Assembly (NCBI GenBank): GCA_965249035.1
Contig: CBDFKV010000007.1
Location: forward strand, 640,313-704,312
Length of the DNA stretch: 64,000 bases
Direction of reading: 5' to 3'
Source: Candidatus Poriferihabitaceae bacterium
Lineage (GTDB): Bacteria > Pseudomonadota > Gammaproteobacteria > Arenicellales > Poriferihabitantaceae
Below are positions 55,476-63,568 of this stretch, in pieces (within the stretch, counting starts at the first letter, position 1; each line of letters starts with the position of its first letter). Under the pieces are notes generated by a model. It was not told where the DNA came from and searched no databases. It saw only the letters and a program-made list of their open reading frames with translations. The translations under genes were made by a program, and so were the position numbers.

Positions 55476-56359
55476 TACTGAGAATTTCCGTGTTTTGGGT
55501 CGAGCAGATCCCTGATCCCATCACCGAGTAAATTTACCGCTAGAACGGTAATAAATATCGCAAAACCCGGAGCGGCTGCGGTCCACCAGAAATCAAGAAA
55601 CTTTGAACGAGACAATGCCGCCATCAGCCCCCACTCAATGGTCGGTGGGCGCGCCCCGATACCAATAAAACTTAAAGAGGCCGCAGCCAAAATGGTGTAA
55701 CCAAAATCCATGGATGCCTGGACGATCACAGGTGTGGTAGCGTTGGGCAGTGCATGCCTGACCATAATTCGAAAATGACCGACACCCATTACTCGGGCAG
55801 CATCGATATATAACTCCTTTTTAATTGCCAGTACCGAGCTACGCATAATTCTGGCGTACCACGGAAACCAGGAAATGGCCAATGCCAACATCGCATTAAA
55901 CAGCCCAGCTCCTAGCGCGGCGGTAATCGCGATGGGCAGTAAGAGCGGAGGAAAAGCCAGAAAAATATCCGAAATTCGCATCAAGATAGTATCGATACGA
56001 CCACCAAAATACCCAGAAACAAGGCCAATGGGAACGCCTATTAATACTGATAATACCAGCACAGAGAAGCCGATCACCAGTGACGTCCGCGCACCGTAAA
56101 TTACTCGGGAGAAAAGGTCTCGGCCCAACTCATCCGTACCCATCAAATGGGTCAGCCCAGGTGGTAAGAGCTTGTCACTAAAATTGATTTTTGCAGGGTC
56201 AAAAGGTGCTATCAGAGGTGCCATGACCGCCATCAGCACAACCAGAATAAATAGCGCGCTACCAAAAACAAATAAAATATTACTGGAAATAAAATACCGG
56301 CACTTCTCAGCCCAGAAAGGTCCCTCGGAAAGCATAGACTCAGCCGCCTGATTAGACAC
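55475..56359 (-). CDS. ABC transporter permease (DppC/OppC-like)
   Basis: 294 aa. N-terminal OppC_N-type helix and an EAA loop (DAARVMGVGHFRIM). Confidence 0.9.
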   Translation of the reverse strand: MSNQAAESMLSEGPFWAEKCRYFISSNILFVFGSALFILVVLMAVMAPLIAPFDPAKINFSDKLLPPGLTHLMGTDELGRDLFSRVIYGARTSLVIGFSVLVLSVLIGVPIGLVSGYFGGRIDTILMRISDIFLAFPPLLLPIAITAALGAGLFNAMLALAISWFPWYARIMRSSVLAIKKELYIDAARVMGVGHFRIMVRHALPNATTPVIVQASMDFGYTILAAASLSFIGIGARPPTIEWGLMAALSRSKFLDFWWTAAAPGFAIFITVLAVNLLGDGIRDLLDPKHGNSQ

Positions 56360-56361
56360 GT

Positions 56362-57378
56362 TCAGGAGGCCTCAAGGCGTGGATCTGCCACGAAATAGAG
56401 TAGGTCAACAATCAGATTGATACTCAAATAAATCGTTGCTAAAAACAAGGTTACGCCCATCACTGCGGGAAAGTCGCTTTGGGTAATTGCACCGACGACA
56501 TAGCCGCCAAGGCCAGGCCAGTCAAATATATATTCAACAACCACCGAACCACCGAGCATAAATCCATATGTCAGACCAATGATGGTCATCATGGGAATCA
56601 AAGTGGCCTTTAGCGCATAGCGAAAATACACTAGCCTGTCAGGCAAACCGAATGCTCTGGCGGTTCGTATGTAATCCTCACTCAACACTTCTACCATGGT
56701 ATTGCGCGTAATTCTGATGATCACAGAAAGCGAAGCAATGCTCAGGGTTAATACCGGTAACACCAGGTGTGCAGCCGCACTTTTAAACGCCACCCAATGC
56801 CCTGACAACAGGGTATCAATTAAATAAATTCCCGTGACTCTATCAAAAGGAAAATCAAGCAGCACTTCTACATTCATTCGCCCCTGGAGTGGCAGCCACC
56901 TCAACCATCCGTAGAACACCATCTGCAATATCATTCCAATCAGGAATATGGGTAGTGCCATACCGGCGATGGAGAAACTCCTAGTGATATGGTCACTGAA
57001 TGTGTTTTGACGAACCGCCGACAACACGCCCAGTGGAATTCCAAGCACGATAACCAACATAACCGCCAAAGTGGTTAACTCAAACGTAGCTGTCATCCGT
57101 TCCAGTAAATCATCAAGCACCGGTTGTCGAGTACGCAGGCTTATTCCAAAGTCACCCTGTAACACCCCCGATACGTAATGGATAAATTGAACCGGAATGG
57201 GATGATCCAGGCCATATTCAGCCCGAGCCAGGTCTATCTGCTCCTGGGTGGGGCGGTGACCTAGCATCATCTCTATAGGCGAGCCCGGTAATAAGCGGCT
57301 CAGCGCAAATGTGACAATCAATACCCCGACAAGAATAAGGATCATCAGCATCAGGCGCTGAGCAATGTGTTTCCACAT
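56362..57378 (-). CDS. ABC transporter permease (DppB/OppB-like)
   Basis: 338 aa. BPD_transp_1 core with SEDYIRTARAFGL. Confidence 0.9.
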   Translation of the reverse strand: MWKHIAQRLMLMILILVGVLIVTFALSRLLPGSPIEMMLGHRPTQEQIDLARAEYGLDHPIPVQFIHYVSGVLQGDFGISLRTRQPVLDDLLERMTATFELTTLAVMLVIVLGIPLGVLSAVRQNTFSDHITRSFSIAGMALPIFLIGMILQMVFYGWLRWLPLQGRMNVEVLLDFPFDRVTGIYLIDTLLSGHWVAFKSAAAHLVLPVLTLSIASLSVIIRITRNTMVEVLSEDYIRTARAFGLPDRLVYFRYALKATLIPMMTIIGLTYGFMLGGSVVVEYIFDWPGLGGYVVGAITQSDFPAVMGVTLFLATIYLSINLIVDLLYFVADPRLEAS

Positions 57379-57405
57379 TTTGGTTAACTCATCTTTGTTA
57401 AACGC

Positions 57406-58962
57406 TTATTGTGAAAGTCGATGGAAAAATACCGCGTCGTAGGCTGGGTTCGCTTCCAGCCCTTTAATAGAGGATGCTCGTGCCACTCTCTTTTTAATAT
57501 CGGCAAAGAATATAGCGACCGCGTCATCCATCAAAATTTGCTGTGCTTTGGCATAATTGTCGATGGCCTTTTCGCGATCCGATCCTTCAAGTTCGATCCC
57601 TTCATTCAATAGCTTGTCGTACTCGGGGTTAGAATAGTGGGAAAGATTAAATAAAGCTTTTTCTTCAGTACGGAACAAACCAACCATCCAATCATTAGGG
57701 GTAGCATAAGTGGGCCACCAGGTCATGGATTGCATGTTGGGAGCAGTCTTAAGGGTTTTTGCTTTATCCCAAATTACACCCCACTCTCCGGGTAACAGCT
57801 CAACTTCAACGCCGACTTGGCGAGCATTTTCTTGAAACAAAAGCGCTGAGTTTTTGTACTCTTCAGATGTTCCAATGTACGCGATGCTGACTTTCCTCTC
57901 TGATTCAGGCACGCCAGATTCCTCGATCAACATTTTGGCTTTTTCCAGGTCGAATTCAGGCGCCTGAATGGCAGCGTTATGGCCCCACATCGTTGCAGGA
58001 ACAGGCCCGCGTCCCACCTCAGCGTGACCCGCGTAAATATCATTTACCACCGTGTCATAATCCCACATACGAGTAAGGGCTTGGCGAAATTTCTTGTTAT
58101 TCGTTGGTGCTTTTTGGGTGTTTATCAGAAACTGTGAGTTCTTCCACGACGGGATGGCATACGCGGTCAGACCTTCTTCTTGGTTTACCGAATCCACCAT
58201 ATCGGCTGGCACCAACGAAATAAAATCCGCCTCACCGGCTTTCAGCATTTGTAACTGAGTTGAATTCTCGGTGACGACTTTAAGGATCACACGGTCGAAA
58301 TTGTCATCTTTCCAGCCTCCCCAGTAATCGCCATTCTTTTCAAGCACAACCTGCTGGGCTTTATCCCATTGTCGAACCGCATAAGGCCCGGTGCCTGCTG
58401 CATTTCCCTGGTTGAACCAGTCAGCTCCATTTGCAGCAGCCTTGGGTGAATACATGTAGGCGGCGTACTGCGAAGACGCAATCAGGTCCAGCGGCTGAGG
58501 TGTCTTGGTTTTAATCACCAAAGTGTGACCATCCGCATTGATTGACTCCACGCTGGCCCAGATATAGTGAGCACCCTTTTTGAGTTCCATCGTTCTTTCG
58601 AGCGATTTCTTGGCCGCTTCAGCGTTAAAAACTTCGCCATCATGGAACTTGACGTTCTCGCGTAGATTAAAGGTCCAGGTCAAACCATCATTACTCACCG
58701 ACCAGTCTGTTGCTAGCGCCGGCGTGAACTGCTCTTTGCTTCCCGGTGGGTTGTACCACATTAAAGGCTCGTACACGTTTACCAGCATCACCACCTCGAG
58801 CGAAAATGCGCTGGCAGGATCCCAGTCCTTAATATCGCCATACATGGCGTATGTAACCGTTTTATTATCTGCCTGGGCGACAGAGCCGGCGAATAACATG
58901 TTTGCAAAAATCAGGGCAAACGAAGCCGTCAGTAGTTTTTTAAATAGATTTATGTATCTCAT
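57406..58962 (-). CDS. ABC transporter substrate-binding protein, family 5 (peptide/nickel/opine)
   Basis: 518 aa. Signal peptide ending AGSVAQA; SBP_bac_5 pattern (LATDWSVSNDGLTWTFNLRENVKFHDG). Confidence 0.9.
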   Translation of the reverse strand: MRYINLFKKLLTASFALIFANMLFAGSVAQADNKTVTYAMYGDIKDWDPASAFSLEVVMLVNVYEPLMWYNPPGSKEQFTPALATDWSVSNDGLTWTFNLRENVKFHDGEVFNAEAAKKSLERTMELKKGAHYIWASVESINADGHTLVIKTKTPQPLDLIASSQYAAYMYSPKAAANGADWFNQGNAAGTGPYAVRQWDKAQQVVLEKNGDYWGGWKDDNFDRVILKVVTENSTQLQMLKAGEADFISLVPADMVDSVNQEEGLTAYAIPSWKNSQFLINTQKAPTNNKKFRQALTRMWDYDTVVNDIYAGHAEVGRGPVPATMWGHNAAIQAPEFDLEKAKMLIEESGVPESERKVSIAYIGTSEEYKNSALLFQENARQVGVEVELLPGEWGVIWDKAKTLKTAPNMQSMTWWPTYATPNDWMVGLFRTEEKALFNLSHYSNPEYDKLLNEGIELEGSDREKAIDNYAKAQQILMDDAVAIFFADIKKRVARASSIKGLEANPAYDAVFFHRLSQ

Positions 58963-59000
58963 TTCGATCCTCTTTATAGTCTTGGGTGCGTGTGGTTCAG

Positions 59001-59014
59001 TCAGAATATTCTGA
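59001..59014. promoter_or_regulatory. Perfect 14-bp palindrome in the 5' leader of the binding-protein gene
   Basis: TCAGAATATTCTGA, located between the sigma-54 promoter and the RBS. Confidence 0.35.
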
Positions 59015-59034
59015 CAAAACCGTCACATAAGCGA

Positions 59035-59050
59035 AGCAAAATACATGCCA
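59035..59050 (-). promoter_or_regulatory. Sigma-54 (-24/-12) promoter for the ABC/C-N hydrolase operon
   Basis: The minus strand reads TTGGCATGTATTTTGCTT, which is TGGCA-N6-TTGC with exact GG-N10-GC spacing. It lies about 75 nt upstream of the SBP ATG and directly downstream of a sigma-54 activator gene. Confidence 0.75.
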
Positions 59051-59163
59051 ATTTTTATAAATACTAATTATCCTATAATTTACAAAGAGTTACCTATTTA
59101 TTTACCGGTCAATAATTATTCACAGTTGGATAACAGCAGGTTTATATTCATAACTGAATGAAA

Positions 59164-60570
59164 TTAAACCGCCCCGGTTCGAAATCCGTGTTTTTTCAGG
59201 AGTCTGGCAACAGTGGGTTGAGAAATGCCGAGCGCACCAGCAATTTGACTTTGAGTTTTGTATCGACGGCAGGCTGAAGACAGACACTCGCTTTCGACCG
59301 CGTCCAGGGATTGCTTAAGGTTTGCAGTGACTTGTCTGGTTCTTAGCGGTGATACTGTATCCAGTATATTTTGAGGAAGATCGCTTATGGTGATTTCATC
59401 GGACTGACTGAGTACATAACTGTGTTCCAATATATTTTCCAGTTCGCGAACGTTGCCCGGATAGTGATATCGGGAAAGAAGTTCCATCGCATGCTGGTCA
59501 ATTGATTTAGCCACCTTGTGTTGATTAGCAAGCCTTTGAAGAAAATGGGCTACCAATGGAAATAGGTCATCGTACCGCTCAGACAAAGACGGTAGGTCGA
59601 TCGGCACCACATTGAGGCGATACCATAAATCTTTACGAAACGCTCCCTGCTCTACTTTTGATTCCAGATCACTGTTGGTAGCCGCGATAAGCCTAACATC
59701 GACCTGCTGAACTCGTCTCCCCCCAACTTTTATAAAGCCCTGGGTATCGAGAAAGGTCAGTAGCTTTACTTGCACATCAAGTGAAAATGCGTCTATTTCA
59801 TCAAGAAATAACGTTCCACCATCAGCGGCTTCAACCAGGCCACTTTTACCCCCAGGTCGCGCACCCGTAAACGCCCCGTCGGCATAGCCGAATAACTCTG
59901 CTTCCGCCAGCGAATCAGGAATAGCACCACAATTGAGCGTTAGGAAAGACTTGTCTCGGCGACTAGATCCATCATGGATAAGTCGCGCAATCATGCTTTT
60001 GCCGGTTCCCGATGCACCCGTGAGCAATACGGTTGTGTCAAATTCAGCGACGCGGAAAACCATTTCCATTACCCTTTCCATGGGTTCACTGATTGCAACG
60101 ATTTCCTGAAGTTTCAAGCCCTTCATTTTCATTGATAGTAACTCTGACTGGATTTTTTTTGCCACCTCCTGGTTTTGCTCGACCTCCTCTTTAAGCATAT
60201 TTAACTCGGTCATATCCCGCTCACTGCCAACGACGAACTTAACGTTTCCCTGTTTATCGAATATGGGCACGCCATTGACCAGCAAGGTACGCTTTGATTT
60301 GACTTTCTGGATAATGGTGACAGGCTTCTTTTCGCGCAATACCCTTTGCGTTACATCCGTGTCGATGTTTCCCATGCTCAATATCTCTTCTACCGATTTG
60401 CCACATACTTCTTCTCGCTTAATATTATTCAGCGCCTCACACGCACTGTTTATCCAAAGCAGTTTGGGCGTTGCATCGCATACCCATACCCCATCAGTCA
60501 TCGCTTCAAATATTTGCTCGAGTTCATTAGCGGCAAATACATCCTGTACATTTTCCAGCTGTAATTTCAT
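59164..60570 (-). CDS. Sigma-54-dependent transcriptional activator (PAS sensor - AAA+ - Fis-type HTH)
   Basis: 468 aa. PAS (DGVWVCD...LWINSACEALN), Walker A GASGTGKS, GAFTGA motif, ESELFGY-like (AELFGY), and a C-terminal HTH (QSQIAGALGISQPTVARLLKKHG). Confidence 0.92.
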   Translation of the reverse strand: MKLQLENVQDVFAANELEQIFEAMTDGVWVCDATPKLLWINSACEALNNIKREEVCGKSVEEILSMGNIDTDVTQRVLREKKPVTIIQKVKSKRTLLVNGVPIFDKQGNVKFVVGSERDMTELNMLKEEVEQNQEVAKKIQSELLSMKMKGLKLQEIVAISEPMERVMEMVFRVAEFDTTVLLTGASGTGKSMIARLIHDGSSRRDKSFLTLNCGAIPDSLAEAELFGYADGAFTGARPGGKSGLVEAADGGTLFLDEIDAFSLDVQVKLLTFLDTQGFIKVGGRRVQQVDVRLIAATNSDLESKVEQGAFRKDLWYRLNVVPIDLPSLSERYDDLFPLVAHFLQRLANQHKVAKSIDQHAMELLSRYHYPGNVRELENILEHSYVLSQSDEITISDLPQNILDTVSPLRTRQVTANLKQSLDAVESECLSSACRRYKTQSQIAGALGISQPTVARLLKKHGFRTGAV

Positions 60571-60572
60571 GA

Positions 60573-61013
60573 CTGCTATATAGACCCGCCGTTTTATCCA
60601 TTATTGAATACTTTAACGTACCATACATCAACTAGAACTCGATATCATTTTAGAGCTATCTGTAGCACGCCGAAAGCATCTACGGTGATACTTAGGTTGA
60701 ACTTGGGTGCAGAATCCTTGCTAACAACTATTTTGTGAAGAAGGGCGTGGCTGGCTTTTAACGGCCACCTTTGAGGTGGTCTTGAACGCAGCACGACCAC
60801 CTATATCAGCTTCAATCGGGATGTCGCACCCACGTACAGGAGAAGAATATTGCCTTTCCAACCGACACAGCCAGCTCGATTACCAATCACGCCAATAGTC
60901 GGTTAAGATTGCCCCGGGCAGGAAACTATTTTACGTCAGACCTATCAAAAGGACAGCCGATTATGACCATGAAAGCAGGTCGTTATGCGCGTGCCAAGCA
61001 GTTCAAACGGATG
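60573..61013 (+). pseudogene. IS5-family transposase relic, middle fragment (frameshifted, with internal stops)
   Basis: Frame 0: LLYRPAVLSIIEYFNVPYIN*. Frame +1: ...STVILRLNLGAESLLTTIL*. Frame 0 again: ...CRTHVQEKNIAFPTDTASS...KAGRYARAKQFKRM. The motifs LS..(W).NPY.QYF, (W)RKR.GEE, VQEK.IAFPTD and GRYA.AKQFKR occur in this order in about 470-aa IS5-family transposases. The DDE catalytic C-terminal half is missing; the MTAP gene begins at 61035. Confidence 0.7.
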
Positions 61014-61034
61014 CTCATAACCAATATTGAGCAC

Positions 61035-61790
61035 TTACTCCCTAGCAAATAACTGCTGCAAGACCTCAATTACGTCGTTCATCCCAGCCTCAAGATGCTT
61101 TTGGATATCGGTAAAACTTATTGCGGGCGCCCTTCCAGCGGCCTCGTTGACCACTAAAGAGAGCGCTGCATACGGCAAATTCAGTTCAGCCGCGAGCGCC
61201 GCCTCAGGCATGCCGGTCATACCAACGATCGTGCCGCCATCGCGCTCAATCCGGTCAATTTCTGCTGCGGTTTCGAGCCGTGGCCCTTGGGTAGCGGCGT
61301 ACACGCCACTATCATGCACAGCCACACCGGCTTTTTTCGCCGCTTTGAGCAGTGTTTGGCGTAATGACTCATTGTAGGGCTTGGTGAATTCAATATGAAA
61401 AACCTCACCCGATTCACCGTCAAAATAGGTATGCTCGCGGCCGTAGGTGTAGTCAATTATTTGGTCAGGAATCACGATCTGGCGGGGTTTTAAGTCCGGC
61501 AAGATACCACCCACCGCACCCACACCAATCACCTGTTTGACGCCAAGCTGCTTCAAGGCCCACAAATTAGCGCGGTAGTTGACGCGGTGTGGTGGGATCA
61601 CGTGTTTCAGGCCGTGGCGCGGTAAAAAGACCACGCCTTGATCGCCCATACGGCCTAAAGTCATCGGTGCAGAGGGGTCGCCATACGGTGTGCGCCCAAC
61701 TTGTCGGTGCACATCGGTCAGCACATCAAGCTGATTCAAGCCGCTGCCACCTAAAATGCCCGTTGTATACTCCACGTTTGATCGGTCCAT
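61035..61790 (-). CDS. S-methyl-5'-thioadenosine (or thioinosine) phosphorylase, PNP family 2
   Basis: 251 aa. GILGGSG, FLPRHG, YRANLWALK, and VGMTGMPEA motifs. Confidence 0.88.
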   Translation of the reverse strand: MDRSNVEYTTGILGGSGLNQLDVLTDVHRQVGRTPYGDPSAPMTLGRMGDQGVVFLPRHGLKHVIPPHRVNYRANLWALKQLGVKQVIGVGAVGGILPDLKPRQIVIPDQIIDYTYGREHTYFDGESGEVFHIEFTKPYNESLRQTLLKAAKKAGVAVHDSGVYAATQGPRLETAAEIDRIERDGGTIVGMTGMPEAALAAELNLPYAALSLVVNEAAGRAPAISFTDIQKHLEAGMNDVIEVLQQLFARE

Positions 61791-61801
61791 AGTCTAATCG
61801 C

Positions 61802-63568
61802 TTAAGGGCGAAACTTGCCCGGTTGATAGTTGAAATCGTTTTGCGCTGAGCTAATATCGTAATCCATATCTTTCTGCATTCGGCTAACCATTTCCGGGCT
61901 AATAAAGCCAAAGCCGGGGAATTTGCTAATCAGCGTTACCCAGCGACGTAAACGAGTCACTGAAAACTGAAGAAATTGGGGTGGCAGCTTATTGGCGGCA
62001 AATACACGCTCGACCATGGCTTGGTAGCTGAGTATCTCGCCGCCTGCCAAAGTATAGATCTTTTCGGGTAACGGTACTTGCTTACGAATATTCTGGATCG
62101 CCGTCACCAAGTCATCAATGTGCACCGGTTGCCGTAAGCCGCCACCGCCCTCGATCATAGGAAAACGCCGAACCAGCCGAATCATACGGGCAATAAAGCT
62201 GATACTTTGATCCTTACGACCACCGTAGATCATACTCGCCCGACCAATGATGGCATCAACATCTTGTTGTTTGGCCCATTCAAGCAAATCATGTTCACCA
62301 TCCAGCAACTGCGTAACAACGGATCGCTCAGCCTTGTCTGCAGAATTCGCTTTGCCTAGCACGCTGGTGGAACTGATCGCGACCACTTGCTGTAAGCCAC
62401 CAAATTGATGCAGGTTTTTAGCAATTTTTGGCGTTGCCCATATCGGTGACACCGCGATCAATTCTCTAATTGGGCCTAAATCTTTAGCCGGCACTTTGTC
62501 AAAATAGCTGCTGTGATGCCAAGTTTCGCCAAAATGAGAATGTTTGGGTACGGCTTTGCGAGTGACAGCAATCAGCCGCTCCGCTGAATGATCAAAACTG
62601 TGCAACACCGCATGACCTAAATCACTGCTCGCGCCAGTCACCACCACTGCTGGTGTTTCATTATTGACTAGGTGAACGGGCAAACGGGGCGTAGCATTAG
62701 TCTGCCGCAACGCAATCCGAACGGTGTGGCGAAATAGCGTCCAAGCCAAATTCACCAGAACCACCGCTTGCGACAACAACAATATCGCCGTATTGCGGTT
62801 CTGTGGCGCGAACTTGCTGTAATAGCGCATCATGCCTTTGTGTTTAAACCATTCAGTGAGCACCGGCACGCGGCCGCTCGACACGCCTTGATGGTGAAAC
62901 AAAGAAACACTGGGTACAAAAATGACGCCACCGCCTAAATCACGAACCCGCCGGCACAAATCCAAGTCTTCAACGTGCAAAAAATAACCTTCGTCCACGC
63001 CTCCGAGTTGGTCAAAGGTGCTGCGTCGAATCATCATTGCCGCACCAGAAACTGCCTCCACTGCAACAGGTGCATCACCGCTGATCTCCTGATGGGTCAA
63101 ATTGACGCCATCATAACGATCATCCAGTCTTAGTGCAGTGATGATACTACGGCGTAAGGTCGGCTCGCGGCGCCGACAGCCACGCTGCTCGGTGCCATCT
63201 TCATTAAATACCATCGCTCCAGCAATACTGGCCTCAGTCGACGCCTGCAATGCTGCTGCCAAATCGCCAATGGTATGCGGATACACTTCACAATCAGGGT
63301 TCAGCAAAAAAATGAACTCACCTTCCCCCGTGCGTGCTCCTATATTCACTGCCTTAGCAAACCCATCGTTGCCAGGGTTGGCGATCAGTTCCAGTTGATG
63401 ACCATGAGTCGCAATATCGGCAACGCGGCTAAAGCTATCGTCGCTGGATGCGTTATCCACCACGCTGACTGAAAGCGGTATTGTTGAGGTAAAGATCGAT
63501 TTCAGGCAACGCTCCAGATAGGCGCCACTATTAAAATTAACCAGAATGACATCAATACTAGTGCTCAT
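61802..63568 (-). CDS. Fusion protein: N-terminal family-2 glycosyltransferase, a TM segment, and a C-terminal NAD(P)-binding SDR/epimerase-like domain
   Basis: GT2: IDVILVNFNSG...DNASSD...NPGNDGFAKAVN...LLNPDC...HVEDLDLCRR. TM: AILLLSQAVVLVNLAWTLF. SDR: VVVTGASSDLG...RASMIYGG...VHIDDLV. Start at Met11 of the track ORF (ATGA overlap with the upstream gene). Confidence 0.8.
   Translation of the reverse strand: MSTSIDVILVNFNSGAYLERCLKSIFTSTIPLSVSVVDNASSDDSFSRVADIATHGHQLELIANPGNDGFAKAVNIGARTGEGEFIFLLNPDCEVYPHTIGDLAAALQASTEASIAGAMVFNEDGTEQRGCRRREPTLRRSIITALRLDDRYDGVNLTHQEISGDAPVAVEAVSGAAMMIRRSTFDQLGGVDEGYFLHVEDLDLCRRVRDLGGGVIFVPSVSLFHHQGVSSGRVPVLTEWFKHKGMMRYYSKFAPQNRNTAILLLSQAVVLVNLAWTLFRHTVRIALRQTNATPRLPVHLVNNETPAVVVTGASSDLGHAVLHSFDHSAERLIAVTRKAVPKHSHFGETWHHSSYFDKVPAKDLGPIRELIAVSPIWATPKIAKNLHQFGGLQQVVAISSTSVLGKANSADKAERSVVTQLLDGEHDLLEWAKQQDVDAIIGRASMIYGGRKDQSISFIARMIRLVRRFPMIEGGGGLRQPVHIDDLVTAIQNIRKQVPLPEKIYTLAGGEILSYQAMVERVFAANKLPPQFLQFSVTRLRRWVTLISKFPGFGFISPEMVSRMQKDMDYDISSAQNDFNYQPGKFRP

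Noticed and set aside
59176-59187. GGTTCGAAATCC, resembling a tRNA T-arm/loop
   Set aside because: It lies inside the 3' end of the sigma-54 activator CDS (…HGFRTGAV). It has one base too many in the loop and no flanking acceptor or anticodon stems. No tRNA could be folded anywhere in the window by eye.
60571-61034. A small functional ORF (MTMKAGRYARAKQFKRMLITNIEHLLPSK) in the intergenic region
   Set aside because: It is the in-frame tail of the decayed transposase fragment and runs into the MTAP gene's 3' end. It is better explained as a pseudogene remnant.
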